Source: Eledone cirrhosa
Taxonomy: Eukaryota
Direction: 5' to 3'
Assembly (NCBI GenBank): GCA_964016885.1
Contig: OZ024741.1
Coordinates: 177,444,001-177,508,000, forward strand
DNA length: 64,000 nucleotides
Under the pieces are notes generated by a model. It did not search any database, was not told where the DNA came from, and saw only the letters and a list, made by a program, of their open reading frames with translations. Below, piece by piece: positions 35,501 through 48,136 of this stretch (the first letter of the stretch is position 1; the number at the start of each line of letters is the position of its first letter). The translations under genes were made by a program, and so were the position numbers.

Positions 35501-37026
35501 TTCCAGTCCCCCACTAACAGCAGGGAGCGGGACATTCCCAGAAAAGTTTCTAGACGTTTGAAGAAGTCTGGCCGCGGTGTCCCGGATGGAGCATAAGCGG
35601 CCACTAGACTGAAGGCACCACCTTCACTACCGTTTAGGACCACCAGTCGACCCTCCGGGTCCAGATGTACCGTCTGTGTTACGAGGTCCAGGTGTTTCCG
35701 CAGCAAAACAGCAACCCCACCCCCACCTCCCGGCTGACAGAGAGATACGTAGATCTCAAAGTCGTCGAAGATGGGGGCCAGCTGTCGCTCGCTGTGGATC
35801 CTGGACTCGCAAATGGCTACTACATCCATACTGTGCGACCTGAGCTCGTTTAAGAGTTTGCCCTGTTTCCAGGGCATCCCCAAGCCGCGGACATTCACAC
35901 ATCCAACTCTTATATTGGCCATGTTGGTGCTGAAAAGTTAAAAGAAGAGGAAAACAAATAACTCACCTCTTCGTCTCCTGGCGACCAGACTGCACAATTT
36001 CCATGGGGGTGTTGGAGGGGTTGTTTGGTGGGATGGTGGTCTCTGGCGGAGTGGGGACGGAGATGTTTGATGGGGAGGGTGTCAGGTGGTGAGGGGGTGT
36101 CTGGGGTAGGAGTGTTTGGGGTGGGGACACATTTCGAAAGGACGCGGTTATAGCGTTTGACGCAGGGGTTACCTACGTCATTAGGACATTTTTCTTTTAA
36201 TGGTTTATGTGTGTCCATGGAGATCCTAATCATTTTAAGATTAGGATTCTCCGAAGAGTGTGTAAAAGTTTTCCCTTCGGTCTCCACCGAAGGGTTTTTA
36301 TATATGGTGTCTGTTAAAGTTTTATTTTTAGTATTTATGTAGGTGTAACCTTTTTGTTGTGTTGTGTTGCTTTTTTCTGTGGTTCTTGTATGTGTTTACG
36401 TTTTGTAGTAGGTGTTTTGTTTTCAGGAGGGGGTGTTTTTGTTTGTGCTGTTTGCGTCGCTTGTATTGGTGTTTGTGTGTTTGTTGCATTTTTGTTTGTG
36501 CTATGTCTTTTCTTTTTTCTTTTTACTGGTCGGAAAGGCTCTCCCTCATCGTCAATGGGTGACGATGATGAGGCCTCATCCGTGTTGTTGGGGAGGGGTA
36601 CATTTTGAGGAGCTGTCATTTGTGTGGATATTTCTGGAGATGTTTTAGGTGGGGAGGGGTTGGGTGGGACTGTGTTTGCAGTTTGGTTTGTTTTTGTGTG
36701 TTGTTGTGGTGGTGGTTGTGTTGTGTGTCGGCAGTAGTGCTTTTTTTTACTGCAGTTAATTGAGGACAGGAAGCCCTAAGGTGACCACTGCTTAAACAGT
36801 GGTAACATGAAGCCCGCCTACCCTCAACATAAATGTTCATGTAGGAATTTCCATCCAGAGGCACACGTTGTGGTATTGTAGCTATCCGTTCTGGTCTCAT
36901 TTGGACCAGAACTTCTAAGCTTGTACCGTTGAATATCCCTCCTGGAGGACTTTCCTACCGAAATTACTGTATCTTCATCAAAATTGATGAAACCAGCTAT
37001 GATCCATCAGATGTTTACATTTGGTG
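32502..37026 (-). mobile_element. Second Tx1-clade LINE, 5'-truncated within ORF1, ORF2 disrupted
   Basis: ORF2 pieces 35287-35922, 34634-35032, 34251-34790, 33757-34317, 32917-33753 (deletion removes YADD); ORF1 knuckle CYHCLSSGHLRASC; 5' end abuts gatagatagat at 37027. Confidence 0.9.
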
Positions 37027-37289
37027 TGATAGATAGATGTAAGTTTGTGTGTATGTTTGTATTTACCTATTGTATGTAATTCTTATTTGGTCTATATTTC
37101 CTGCTGAGAAGGTCGGAATAATTGAATTGAAGTACAAGTATACAGTGACTGAACATATTTCAAAATTAGTGTTGAAAATACATCAAGGGATATCAATACC
37201 ATTGATCTAACTCTATTTTTTTACGATGGTTATAGGCTAAATATACAACATAATATGAATTCTTTTGTCTCTTGATGTAATTATTTAAT

Positions 37290-38475
37290 TGTATAAATAT
37301 ATATATAAAGATGAAAGAATTATTTTATCACATCCTATTGTGTAGATAGGAAGTGAAAGAAATCTTACGTTTAACCTATGATTGAGAACAGATATCAATG
37401 GTATATCGACAACAATAATTGACCGGACATCCAATTTAATTATTTTTTTCGACTTACTCAACCTTCCTAATGCGTATATATTAAGTGAATGTTATACGTA
37501 TTGCGTTTGTTGAATTGTTTTGACATTAGCTCTTCCCACATTAAATATACACATGAAATCACACGTTTAATTATAATGAAATCGATATTAATCATCAACA
37601 AGTATCCACATTAGCTTGAACGCGAGTCTACGTGGTCAAGATTCTCATGAAGCTAACGAACAACAACACCATATATTATTTCACATCAGTTTTGATGTGT
37701 CTACACAAACTCTTAGTTCCTTATGGTAAACTGCATGGAGCCAGATCGAACTGCTGGTATTTATTTGTCTCCTCATCTTTAATAAAAAAGATTTAAAATT
37801 TGAATTGTTTTTAATTTTTTATTGTTTATTTTAAAATATTTATTTAGTTTTGTTTGCTTAAGGGATTAAACAAACCTTTGTGTTGCATTTAGGAGACGTT
37901 TCGTTAATCAGCGCACGAAGCACTATCGTTTTTAGGATGAGCTTTCTAGTTATTCCATCAATGGGGCGACCTGGTCTTGAAATCAACGGGAAATCAACAC
38001 GGAATCAACGGGAAATTGACTGATTCATTTTTCCTTCACCGAATGCTTGAGAAAATTCAGCATGATAGAGTGTGGCTAAACTTAATATCGGGGTTATAGG
38101 TAGATGCCAAACTAACGACTTCCAAACGTTTCCATCGAGCACGTTTCACCCACAAAACAGCCTGTGTTGACTCGAGGGTATGATACACATTACGTGCCCG
38201 TCATCCTGAATTGTTATCATCGAACTAGAGTCCTAATGATTCCGGAGCGAATATCTTAATAATTCGGCTATGCTGCTTTCAATCAGTTTGGAAAGCTCCT
38301 TAGGAATCTCAACGATAGTGAATCACGTGAAACACAACTGACGTTCTTCGATGATTCTGCAGCCGTGCACATATTTAAGATTTATATAAATATATATAAA
38401 TTTTAAAGAATTATTTCATCAAATCCTATTTTGTAGATAGAAGGTGAAAGAAGTCTTACTTTTTACCTATGATTT
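37290..38475. repeat. Pair of ~90-bp diverged direct repeats (37290-37383, 38385-38473)
   Basis: aaagaattattt.atca.atcctatt.tgtagatag.a.gtgaaagaa.tcttac.ttt.acctatgatt occurs in both. Confidence 0.7.
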
Positions 38476-41400
38476 TGTTCAGCTGTTAATTTGTTGTTGC
38501 TGATACTGATGTTGTATTTGGAAGAGAAGGAAACCGAAACTGTAACACCTGGCTGTGGAAGCTGGAATTTGAACGTAGAACACACTGAGCCAGATCAGAT
38601 ATTGTAAAGCATGTTGCTAAACTCTTTGACAGTTCCGTCAATCAACCACCACTGGACTTGTAGTTTATCAACCACAAAAATATTAAAAGCTGAACTGGAC
38701 TCGCTCCAATTTGCACTCCGATCGCTGAGAAACGGAGCAAATACCGAAACCTGTAATCCAACGCTTAAAACCTACTTTCTTTGCTTACCACTTAAACTGA
38801 CGTCACCGATTCGATCAATGATCAAATTATTAACTTTCTCTGACGATCACATTTGTATCAGTATTGTTTGACTATAAGATACATCTTACAGATCTTTACG
38901 TTGTTGAGAAGTGATGAGGGGGAATTATGTATTTATTTAATGAAAGAGCTCCGCCAATCATGTTCTGGATTCCTCGTTAGCTCAGTTGAATACGATGAGA
39001 ATATATTTGGTACATTATGCTCCCAATGATGACATTGAGCTGTTTCACTGTATAATCCTAGGAAATTCTATTCACTATTTTCAAATAATAATGCTACTAT
39101 GTTTCATAGAAACATGTTTGATATTGTATGTGTGCCATTGTCAACTGACAAAAGATTTATCATGTTTATTTTTCTATCTGTACTTACACAATTGCTCAAA
39201 CCGTAATATAATCCAGATCAAAGAGTCTAGAATAACAAGGGAACTAAGATTCGTGGAAGAACTATTTATGACAATAGAACAGATGCAAGTAAAATAAAAA
39301 GCAATACAGGAAAGCAGATACAAAAATGTCTCTCCTTCTCACTCTCTCACGTATATATATATATGCGTGTGAGTGCGCGTCTGTACGTGTGTGCATGTGT
39401 GTATGTGCGCGAGTGTTTCTATATATATTTATATATGTTTATATATGAATTGTATCTAGAGAGAGTGTTGCAATAGAAATGGGAAAGCCGATGGGAGATT
39501 GAGAGAGTAGAAATATGTATCTTTGACTTTGATACTTATTATTTCTTACATCCGATTCTCTTGTAAACAATAATATAATCCTGTTAAATAGAATTCCGAT
39601 CGGCATTAAATAGAATGAATATTTTTTTCAAGAAATTAGATGTTGTAGATATAAGGAATTGTATATTTCAGTATATCTCAGCAGAATTATAGAGAGTAAT
39701 ATTTGATCTAGAAGGGTGGTTTTGAATCAGGTTCCCGCATGCATTAATATTAAAATACCGAAGCATGAATCATATATTATATTTAATCTGATGTTCTATT
39801 TTCGTTTCTTTGACACTTTAATTTGAACTGTAAGAAAATCCTGAAAACTTGATTCATATTTTACAGTATGCAGTTCAACTCCTATGCGGATTAACTAACA
39901 ATTATATATGGCAGTTTTGGAATGTATTAGTTCTTGAACGATATAAAGTAACAATATCAGGTGGATTTGTGCCTGTACAGAGATTTCTTGGGCTAGGTAT
40001 TGACGACAAGATAGACATTACTACGATTTAACCTGTGCCATCGATTTATCCCACTAAGCGTTGCTTCCAGTTTATGTTACATCACTACGATAAACATTAC
40101 AATAAACGAAATTATAAATGTATGTCTCCCTCAACAAACAAGCAAACACCGCCACCAACGCCCACGACAAAAGAAGGCACAGTCAGTTATGCTTATCAAC
40201 TTATTTAAATATAATCTTCATTGTTGTATGAATGTCGATAATTTCCACATTTGTACAAATACGTTTATTTATATACTGTCTGTTCGATGTTGACAAAACT
40301 CAATCTGTATCTACATTATGTTGTTTTCATTTTCTAATTCATTATTGTTGAAGCCGTTGCTGAAATAAAAGGTTATTGATTAATTTCTATTATATTTACA
40401 TTATCTATAAGTATAATTCTGCTAAATAAGTCGACAACGAGAATATCAAATCTTCTTCGCTACAACATTTGTTGTTCTAGTGTTTAATAATTGTGTATTA
40501 ATTTGTTCACGTTTTAGTGAGTAGATTGAAATGTAAAATTTATAATGCTCAAATTCTTAATCAAGTTATTTCTGGTCCAAATAATACATAAGTGTAAATA
40601 TTGTGTAGTGTAATTAAGAATTTCTCTAAATATCTAGACCTTTGGCAATGCTGCTATGGAAATGAAACAAGGAAAATAATAAAATTAATAATAATTCGTA
40701 TGTGTAAGTGAGAGTTGTTTGTGAAATTACATATACAAAGACGAACAGATTGCACATAACACTACAACACATGCACACACTAATGTGCACACACAAACAG
40801 GCACACATACACAGTATTACCCACAAGAACGCAAACATATTTTTATATGAGTGTGTGTATATAAGAACTCAAAAGAGCAAGTTAAAGTGACACAGAAGCA
40901 CAATAATATTATCACCGAAAAGGAAAAAATGGTGAAAACAAGAAAAAATTGGAAAGAAAGATGACGGTGAAAGCATTTATAACCACTATATAAAACTGGA
41001 AAACGGAAAAATAAATGTATCAAGTTAGTCAACATAATTTTTAAAATAGCAACCGTAGTCCCGAGTGTAGATGCTCTCTCTCTCTCTCTCTCTCTCTCTC
41101 TTTATATATATATATATGTGTGTGTGTGTGAGTGTGTGTGTGTGTGTAGAAATTAAATGTTAAAGAAAACCAAATTCTTGGACAAATATATTTAAAATCA
41201 TAATAGTAAATGATAATAAAGAGAAAAGTTTGATATGGTCTCCTAGTGAGAGCCCAAAAGAAGAAATAAACATAAAAATTAAAAAAATACATGGCATATA
41301 ATTCTCATAACTAATCTCTTATCATTCCTCCTCGATAAGTTTCGATGCGTAATATATATATATATATATTGAAAATTAGTTCTAATAAGAACCAATAGAA

Positions 41401-41936
41401 ATGGAAGTGCTACAATTGGACACGCAACACTTATTGGAGGTAAAATCATGTTTTACCAGAATACTACAATTACCAGAACAGCAGTGTGTTCTGAACTGTT
41501 ATTCGTTTGTATATACATCCATAATACAAACACACACACATGCGCACAAAGACATGCACACGGACACAGACATATATATGTATGTATATATATATATATA
41601 TGAAAGACGTAAAGAAGAACATTTTTAAAAAAATTAAAAATTAACTTACTTACTAAAATTCATCTCCAAATTATTTATTTGTTGAGCAAACCTGCCAAAA
41701 CCATTACTAATTCATTGGTGTGGTAGTAGGCTTTTATCATCTTACCAACCCACTCCTTCCGACTAGCCTCAGTGTCACGTGATTGATTCTTTAGAATCTG
41801 CCATTTGACCAAAGACAGCGAAATTTTTCAGTGCATGGAATCCAGCCCCCGCTAGCTGTTCCATCCACCGAATTATTATTATTTTTATATGAGTCCCTAG
41901 TGACCGCGCATTGCCTGGACACTTAGCTGAGAATAG

Positions 41937-42018
41937 ACTCCCTGATGATGTAATGAATTCTCGATGGTTATATTACGTAACTATCTTTATCCCATTACAG
42001 AAACTAATTAGTTGGAGT
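41937..42018 (+). ncRNA. Type I hammerhead ribozyme motif with large loop II
   Basis: actcc-CTGATGA-tgtaatg...cattaca-GAAA-ctaattag-TT-ggagt; inside a unit with inverted ends 41598-41669 / 42012-42084. Confidence 0.8.
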
Positions 42019-42192
42019 GAAAATTTTAGTAAGTAAGTTAATTTTTAATTTTTTTTTAATTTTCTTATTTACGTCTTTCATATATTTGTTCTGCATCCTC
42101 CTGCATTGAACCACCTAAGTACTATGACATAACTTATATATTTGCTAGCATTAGTGTACATCTGTACGCATATGTTGGTAGATATACTAATT

Positions 42193-42249
<57 letters not shown>

Positions 42250-42254
<5 letters not shown>

Positions 42255-42590
42255 GCCAGAGATAATAACAGAACACACTCACTGTTTGGTTGGTTTTCGC
42301 TTCTGTGTCCTTTATATCTCCACAGTAAATTTATTTGGTCCTCAATGTTTATCAGTGACTGACCAACGGTCAAAAATACGGATATAATATAGTTATAAAC
42401 ACATATATAGTCTAACAAAGTTCTTTCGTTGCACACCTGCAACATCATCAGTGGTACAATTATGTTCCTCCTATTGTATTGTATGTCAACGCCATTTTCT
42501 GTTATTATTTCTGGCAATATTATTACAATATGACCCTCCACAAGTATAACAATATTTGTTTCGTAACACGATTTCATATCAAAAAGGTCG
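42250..42590 (-). mobile_element. Solo inverted pseudo-LTR remnant of PLE family B, with HHR at 42413-42456
   Basis: Reverse complement of 57130-57392; minus strand tacca-CTGATGA-t-gttgca ggtg tgcaac-GAAA-gaac-TT-tgtta; switches to + strand ATGACCCTC... at ~42500-42590. Confidence 0.75.
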
Positions 42591-43698
42591 GAAAATAAAT
42601 ATATATATATATTGTTATACTTTGGGAGGGTCATGTTGCCAATAAGAAACACACGCGCCAGTTGCTTTCACTTCGATTTATTATATATTTATAAATTTAC
42701 AAATTCATAAATTTATAAATTTCTGGTTGGTTGGTTCCACAACCAGATAGTTGTTTATATATAGTTGTTTATATATAGTCATAGTCCTTTCGACACACAC
42801 TCTGTGACCTGTATTAGCCTTGTTCCTCAATAATGACATAAATGGGACCTGCCCCTTGTATAGGAGCAAATTTTGGAATAGAATAGAAAGAACTAGGAAC
42901 AAGGCTAATAGAATAAACTCATGGTATGATAGCAATAAATACCAGAGTGTAATGTTCATCGATACAACCCCTAGAGGCGAACTAGCCTACAAATTTAGAA
43001 GGGCCCTAAATAAATATAAACTCAATATTAAGATAGTAGAAAGACCAGGTACCTCCATAAAAACACTTATTAGCAAGACATACCCTTTTTCAAAGACCCT
43101 CATGTATAGATAAGAAATGTATAACCTGTAAACTAAGCCCCCATATTAACTGTAAAACTAGAAATGCAGTGTATAGCATAAGATGTACTGAAGGACAATG
43201 TAGAAACAAAAATATAGTGTACATAGGTGAGACAGCTCGTAGTATAGGGGAACGGATAAATGAACACTGGCGAGACCTTCAAGATAATAAAGAATCATCT
43301 GTACTCTACCAACATGCTAAGATAGAACACAAGGGTAAATTAGAGAACATAGAAATAAAAATAGAATCTACACACAGAAAAGATGCAATGTTTAGACAAA
43401 TTACAGAGGCAATAAACATAAAAGAATTACAACCAAAATTAAATAGAAAATATGAGTGGAACAGCAACATCACAACTTACAATTAAGGACAAAATGAAAA
43501 CACACACACACATAGAACAACCAACCAACCAATAACATGTAAATAAATAAATAAATAAACAAATAGATAAATGAACATAAACACACACAGACACCCGGAT
43601 GTGGCGCATGCGCAAACTGAGCACACAACACACACACAGAAACAAAATGGCGTAAGACAGAAAAAAGGAGAGGCACAGAAACAAAGAAAGGAATCCCC

Positions 43699-43743
43699 AG
43701 TCACTGAAGAGGTCACAGAGTGTGTGACGAAAGAACTATGACT
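43699..43743 (+). ncRNA. Minimal hammerhead ribozyme in PLE pLTR
   Basis: agtca-CTGAAGA-g-gtcaca gagtg tgtgac-GAAA-gaac-TA-tgact. Confidence 0.8.
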
Positions 43744-43875
43744 ATATATAAACAACTATCTGGTTGTGGAACCAACCAACCAACCAGAAATTTATAAATT
43801 TATGAATTTGTAAATTTATAAATATATAATAAATTGAAGTGAAAGCAGGTGGTGCGTGTGTTTCTTATTGGCAAC

Positions 43876-46800
43876 ATGACCCTCCCAAAGTATAACAATA
43901 TCGGTTTCAACACACAATTTCAGATAAAGAATCTTGCTAAACAAATTCAGAAACCAAATATCGTAAGCCTTAGCCAGGCTAACAAGATACTGAAAACCAC
44001 CATGTTCTGTTGTCTACGAAAAACCATAACATCTCGACAACTATACTTCATAAAGCATTGTGCTTCATCTAGAATCAACACCAACACCATCAATACCGAC
44101 GTTAGAAGATTACAACTCACCAAAAAACAAGCAGATAGGCTAAAACGAACATTAATTCTAAACATAAAAAAGAAGATCTATAGAGAATTAAGTCATCAAG
44201 AAAAACAAAAGCGTAACCTAATACAAGAAATAGCTAGGATCACCACACCAAGAGAGAAACTAATATTTATAAGCCTTATACGCCCTGAAGAACAGTACGT
44301 TACTCAAGAATGTGATAAGCACTTTAACAAAAAACTAAAGTGGCTTAAACAGATAAAGCTAAATCAGGATACTATAGAGAATACCAATAGATATCCCGAC
44401 ACAATTGACAGTATAAACATGGCCCACACCTCATTAACAGAAGAGTTCAACAACAAAAACACCAATATATATGGGAAAGCAAGAATAGATAATGACGAGA
44501 TGTCTGTGTTGTGTTTGCCCCCGACATTTGTGACATTCAAGAAGGTAAATATGATTAGTTGTCTGTCAGATATAGAAAAATCAGTTACAAAACTACGCTG
44601 GAGCATCAAAAACAAAAACAAAAACAGAAGCAACAATATACGCACACACATATACAACACACATCCCAACAATAACAACAACACACACATCAACAACAAC
44701 AACAATAACAACATACCCAGAAACAACAACAACAGACACGCAGACACAAACAACAATAACAACACACACATCAACAACAACAACAATAACAACATACCCA
44801 GAAACAACAACAACAGACACGCAGACACAAACAACAATAACAACACACACAACAACAATAACACACACGGAGACAACAACAACACATATCAACAACACCA
44901 CACATCAACAACAAACACGCATTTAATGCCTCTCACCACCACCACAATCTTAACAAACACACAGACACAGAAAACAAGTAATGACAGTAGCACAGAAATC
45001 ACAGAAATAAGGAAAAGTAATAGGATTAAAAGGAGAAGGGAGACTAAGGACAAAGAGAACAACCAAGACGAACACACAGACACACAAAATAGGGTAGATA
45101 ACAACAATGAGCCAGTGGAAAGGGACAGGAGTAATTATGAGAGACATAGAAACGACCATGAGGCTGTTGGTGGAAATAGAAATAGAAACAACACAACTAA
45201 CAATAACAATAACACTAGTACACATAAAGCAGCAGCCTGGAACTCTCCGTTTTATAATCCCTCCGATAAATCATTCGACCTGCGACGAGTCCACGCCACG
45301 ACTTACCATTTAACAAACGCACGCAATGTCCGTCGCAGGTCGATGAACAAACAGAAGCACAATTTAGTATAGCTAGATCCGAACTTAGAAATATTATAGA
45401 ACAGTATAGCAAGAAGCATAATAGAATGGAGGCCCAGCAACTGGGAGAAACATCTGCAAATGGCTTGCGTAAGCTCATGCAGCGCTCACGTAATGGAGAG
45501 ATAGCATGCTTTCCAACAAACAAGTCTGGCAGAATGTCGGTTGACAGCCTGCCAAACTACATCCAGGCAATGCAACCCCACATCACTAACACAAGAGAGG
45601 TAACACCACAGGAGCATGAGAATAGAGAAAAAGCCCTCAATGCCCATATGGTGATGTGGACGAATATAATGCAGCCCAACAAAAGGACTGCCAACAACTT
45701 CCAGGCATGGAACAATGACGTGCCGGCGTTGTATGGGCTTCGAAAAGACCATAAAACGGGCTGTGACCCTGTCGCGGGACCACCAACACGGCCAGTCTGT
45801 GGAGTTAACATTGCTAGTAACTACAGACTGTCCTACTTCCTCTCCCTGATCATACGCCCCATCATTGAAATGTCCCCAGATGTATGTGGCAGCACGGAGT
45901 ACCTCCTCAGCAGAATTGGCGAGAGTAACCGATCTGGGGACCTAACAAACTGCATAATAGGCAGTATGGATGCTGTGTCCCTGTATGCATCTATTGACGT
46001 GGATTCTGCTGTGGAGTAATGCGTAGAAATGACAAGTGAGAGCAAGGTTGAGTTCCGTGGGATTGATACCAGTGAGCTGGGACTTCTACTTAAGCTTACC
46101 TATAGTAATAGTTACCTAGACACATATGACCTTAGCAACCTGTGCCCTACTAGACCAGCAAGAGGCAGGCCACCTACCATTACCTCAATGGCCAAGAAAA
46201 CCCACACAGATCGATGGAACGGGTGGACCAGAGCCATACGGACACCCGAAAACCACGATGAACTGAAGAAAATGATTGCACATGCGGTAGGGGCCAGCAT
46301 AAAACTAACCCTTAAGGAACATATGTTCAAATTTAATGGAAAAACATATGCCCAAGAGGAAGGAGCAGCCATTGGTGTTAGCATTGCAGGCGACATAGCT
46401 AACTTATTCATGGTATGGTGGGACAGTAGACTTAAACTTAAACTTAAAGAACAATTAGAAGACAGCTTAACCCTGATAATGTACTCCCGCTACGTAGATG
46501 ATATAAACATCGTAGTTAAGACACCCCCACTAGAGAACTGTCAGGAACTAGAGAAAAACACAATGGAAAGCATCCAACAAATAGCAAACTCCATCCAGCA
46601 GAGCATTAGAATTACTATAGACTACCCAAGTAGACACCCCAACCATCGATTACCTGTACTAGACACAGAGCTCTGGCTAGATACCATTAACAACCAAAAA
46701 CAAATCCTCCATTCCCATTATGCCAAACCCATGACTTCCAAACATCTGATCCACCGAAACTCGGCCATTTCGGACCATACCAAAATCAACATACTGATTG

Positions 46801-47621
46801 CGGATTTGGTACGGGTGATGAGAAATGTGTCCCGCATGTGCAACCCCGAAGAAATAGAGAGACACATACAACACTTCATCCACCGTATGCAGTTCTCTGG
46901 CTACAATCAGAGAGATAGAATCAGTGTGTATAAAGGAGCCAGAACCAAATGGGAAAAAATGGTAAATAATGACATAAATGGGACCTGCCCCTTGTATAGG
47001 AGCAAATTTTGGAATAGAATAGAAAGAACTAAGAACAAGGCTAATAGAATAAACTCATGGTATGATAGCAATAAATACCAGACTGTAATGTTCATCGATA
47101 CAACCCCTAGAGGCTAACTAGCCTACAAATTTAGAAGGGCCCTAAATAAACATAAACTCAATATTAAGATAGTAGAAAGACCAGGTACCTCCATAAAAAC
47201 ACTTATTAGCAAGACATACCCTTTTCAAAGACCCTCATGTATAGATAAGAAATGTATAACCTGTAAAATAAGCCCCCATATTAACTGTAAAACTAGAAAT
47301 GTAGTGCATAGCATAAGATGTACTGAAGGACAATGTAGAAACAAAAATATAGTGTACATAGGTGAGACAGCTCGTAGTATAGGGGAACGGATAAATGAAC
47401 ACTGTCGAGACCTTCAAGATAGTAAAGAATCATCTGTACTCTACCAACATGCTAAGATAGAACACAAGGGTAAATTAGAGAACATAGAAATAAAAATAGA
47501 ATCTACACACAGAAAAGATGCAATGTTTAGACAAATTACAGAGGCAATAAACATAAAAGAATTACAACCAAAATTAAATAGAACATATGAGTGGAACAGC
47601 AACATCACAACTTACAATTAA
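43876..47621 (+). pseudogene. PLE ORF (N-terminal domain, RT, zinc-binding linker, GIY-YIG endonuclease) with frameshifts and stops
   Basis: LYGLRKDHK, PTRPV, SMDAVSLY, QEEGAAIG, YSRYVDD, LPVLD, VYIGETARSIGERINEH, RQITEA..I..QPKLN; stops at 46017 and 47115 (the upstream copy has GAA at the latter). Confidence 0.9.
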
Positions 47622-47829
47622 GGACAAAATGAAAACACACACATAGAACAAACAACCAACCAATAACATGTAAATAAATAAATAAATAAACAAATAGATA
47701 AATGAACATAAACACACACAGACACCCAGATGTGGCGCATGTGCAAACTGAGCACACAACACACACACAGAAACAAAATGGCGTAAGACAGAAAAAAGGA
47801 GAGGCACAGAAACAAAGAAAGGAATCCCC

Positions 47830-47874
47830 AGTCACTGAAGAGGTCACAGAGTGTGTGACGAAAGGACTATGACT
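47830..47874 (+). ncRNA. Minimal hammerhead ribozyme in the 3' pLTR
   Basis: agtca-CTGAAGA-g-gtcaca gagtg tgtgac-GAAA-ggac-TA-tgact. Confidence 0.8.
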
Positions 47875-48086
47875 ATATATAAACAACTATCTGGTTGTGG
47901 AACCAACCATCCAACCAGAAATTTATAAATTTATGAATTTGTAAATTTATAAATATATAATAAATTGAAGTGAAAGCAACTGGTGCGTGTGTTTCTTATT
48001 GGCAACATGACCCTCCCAAAGTATAACAATATCGGTTTCAACACACGATTTCAGATAAAGAATCTTGCTAAACAAATTCAGAAATG

Positions 48087-48136
<50 letters not shown>

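Larger units (their letters stand above)
42608..48085 (+). mobile_element. Penelope-like element family A: inverted pLTR (42608-42810) + 5'-truncated upstream copy (42820-43955) + full unit ending in a direct pLTR
   Basis: 42830-43952 repeats at 46966-48083 (period ~4131 bp); RT and GIY-YIG motifs; (TA)n on both sides. Confidence 0.92.

Noticed and set aside
38466-38565. Possible 95-nt minus-strand host exon (ttccAG...AG/gtaaaa)
   Set aside because: No recognisable protein similarity or partner exons, and the donor lies in a local repeat.
45372-47300. Programmed recoding or selenocysteine in the PLE ORF
   Set aside because: The stops are TAA/TAG, not TGA, and the duplicate upstream copy has GAA where 47115 has TAA, so these are ordinary mutations.
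42820-48085. LTR retrotransposon
   Set aside because: The direct repeats include coding sequence, there are no TG..CA ends, PBS or integrase, and the RT plus GIY-YIG identify a PLE.
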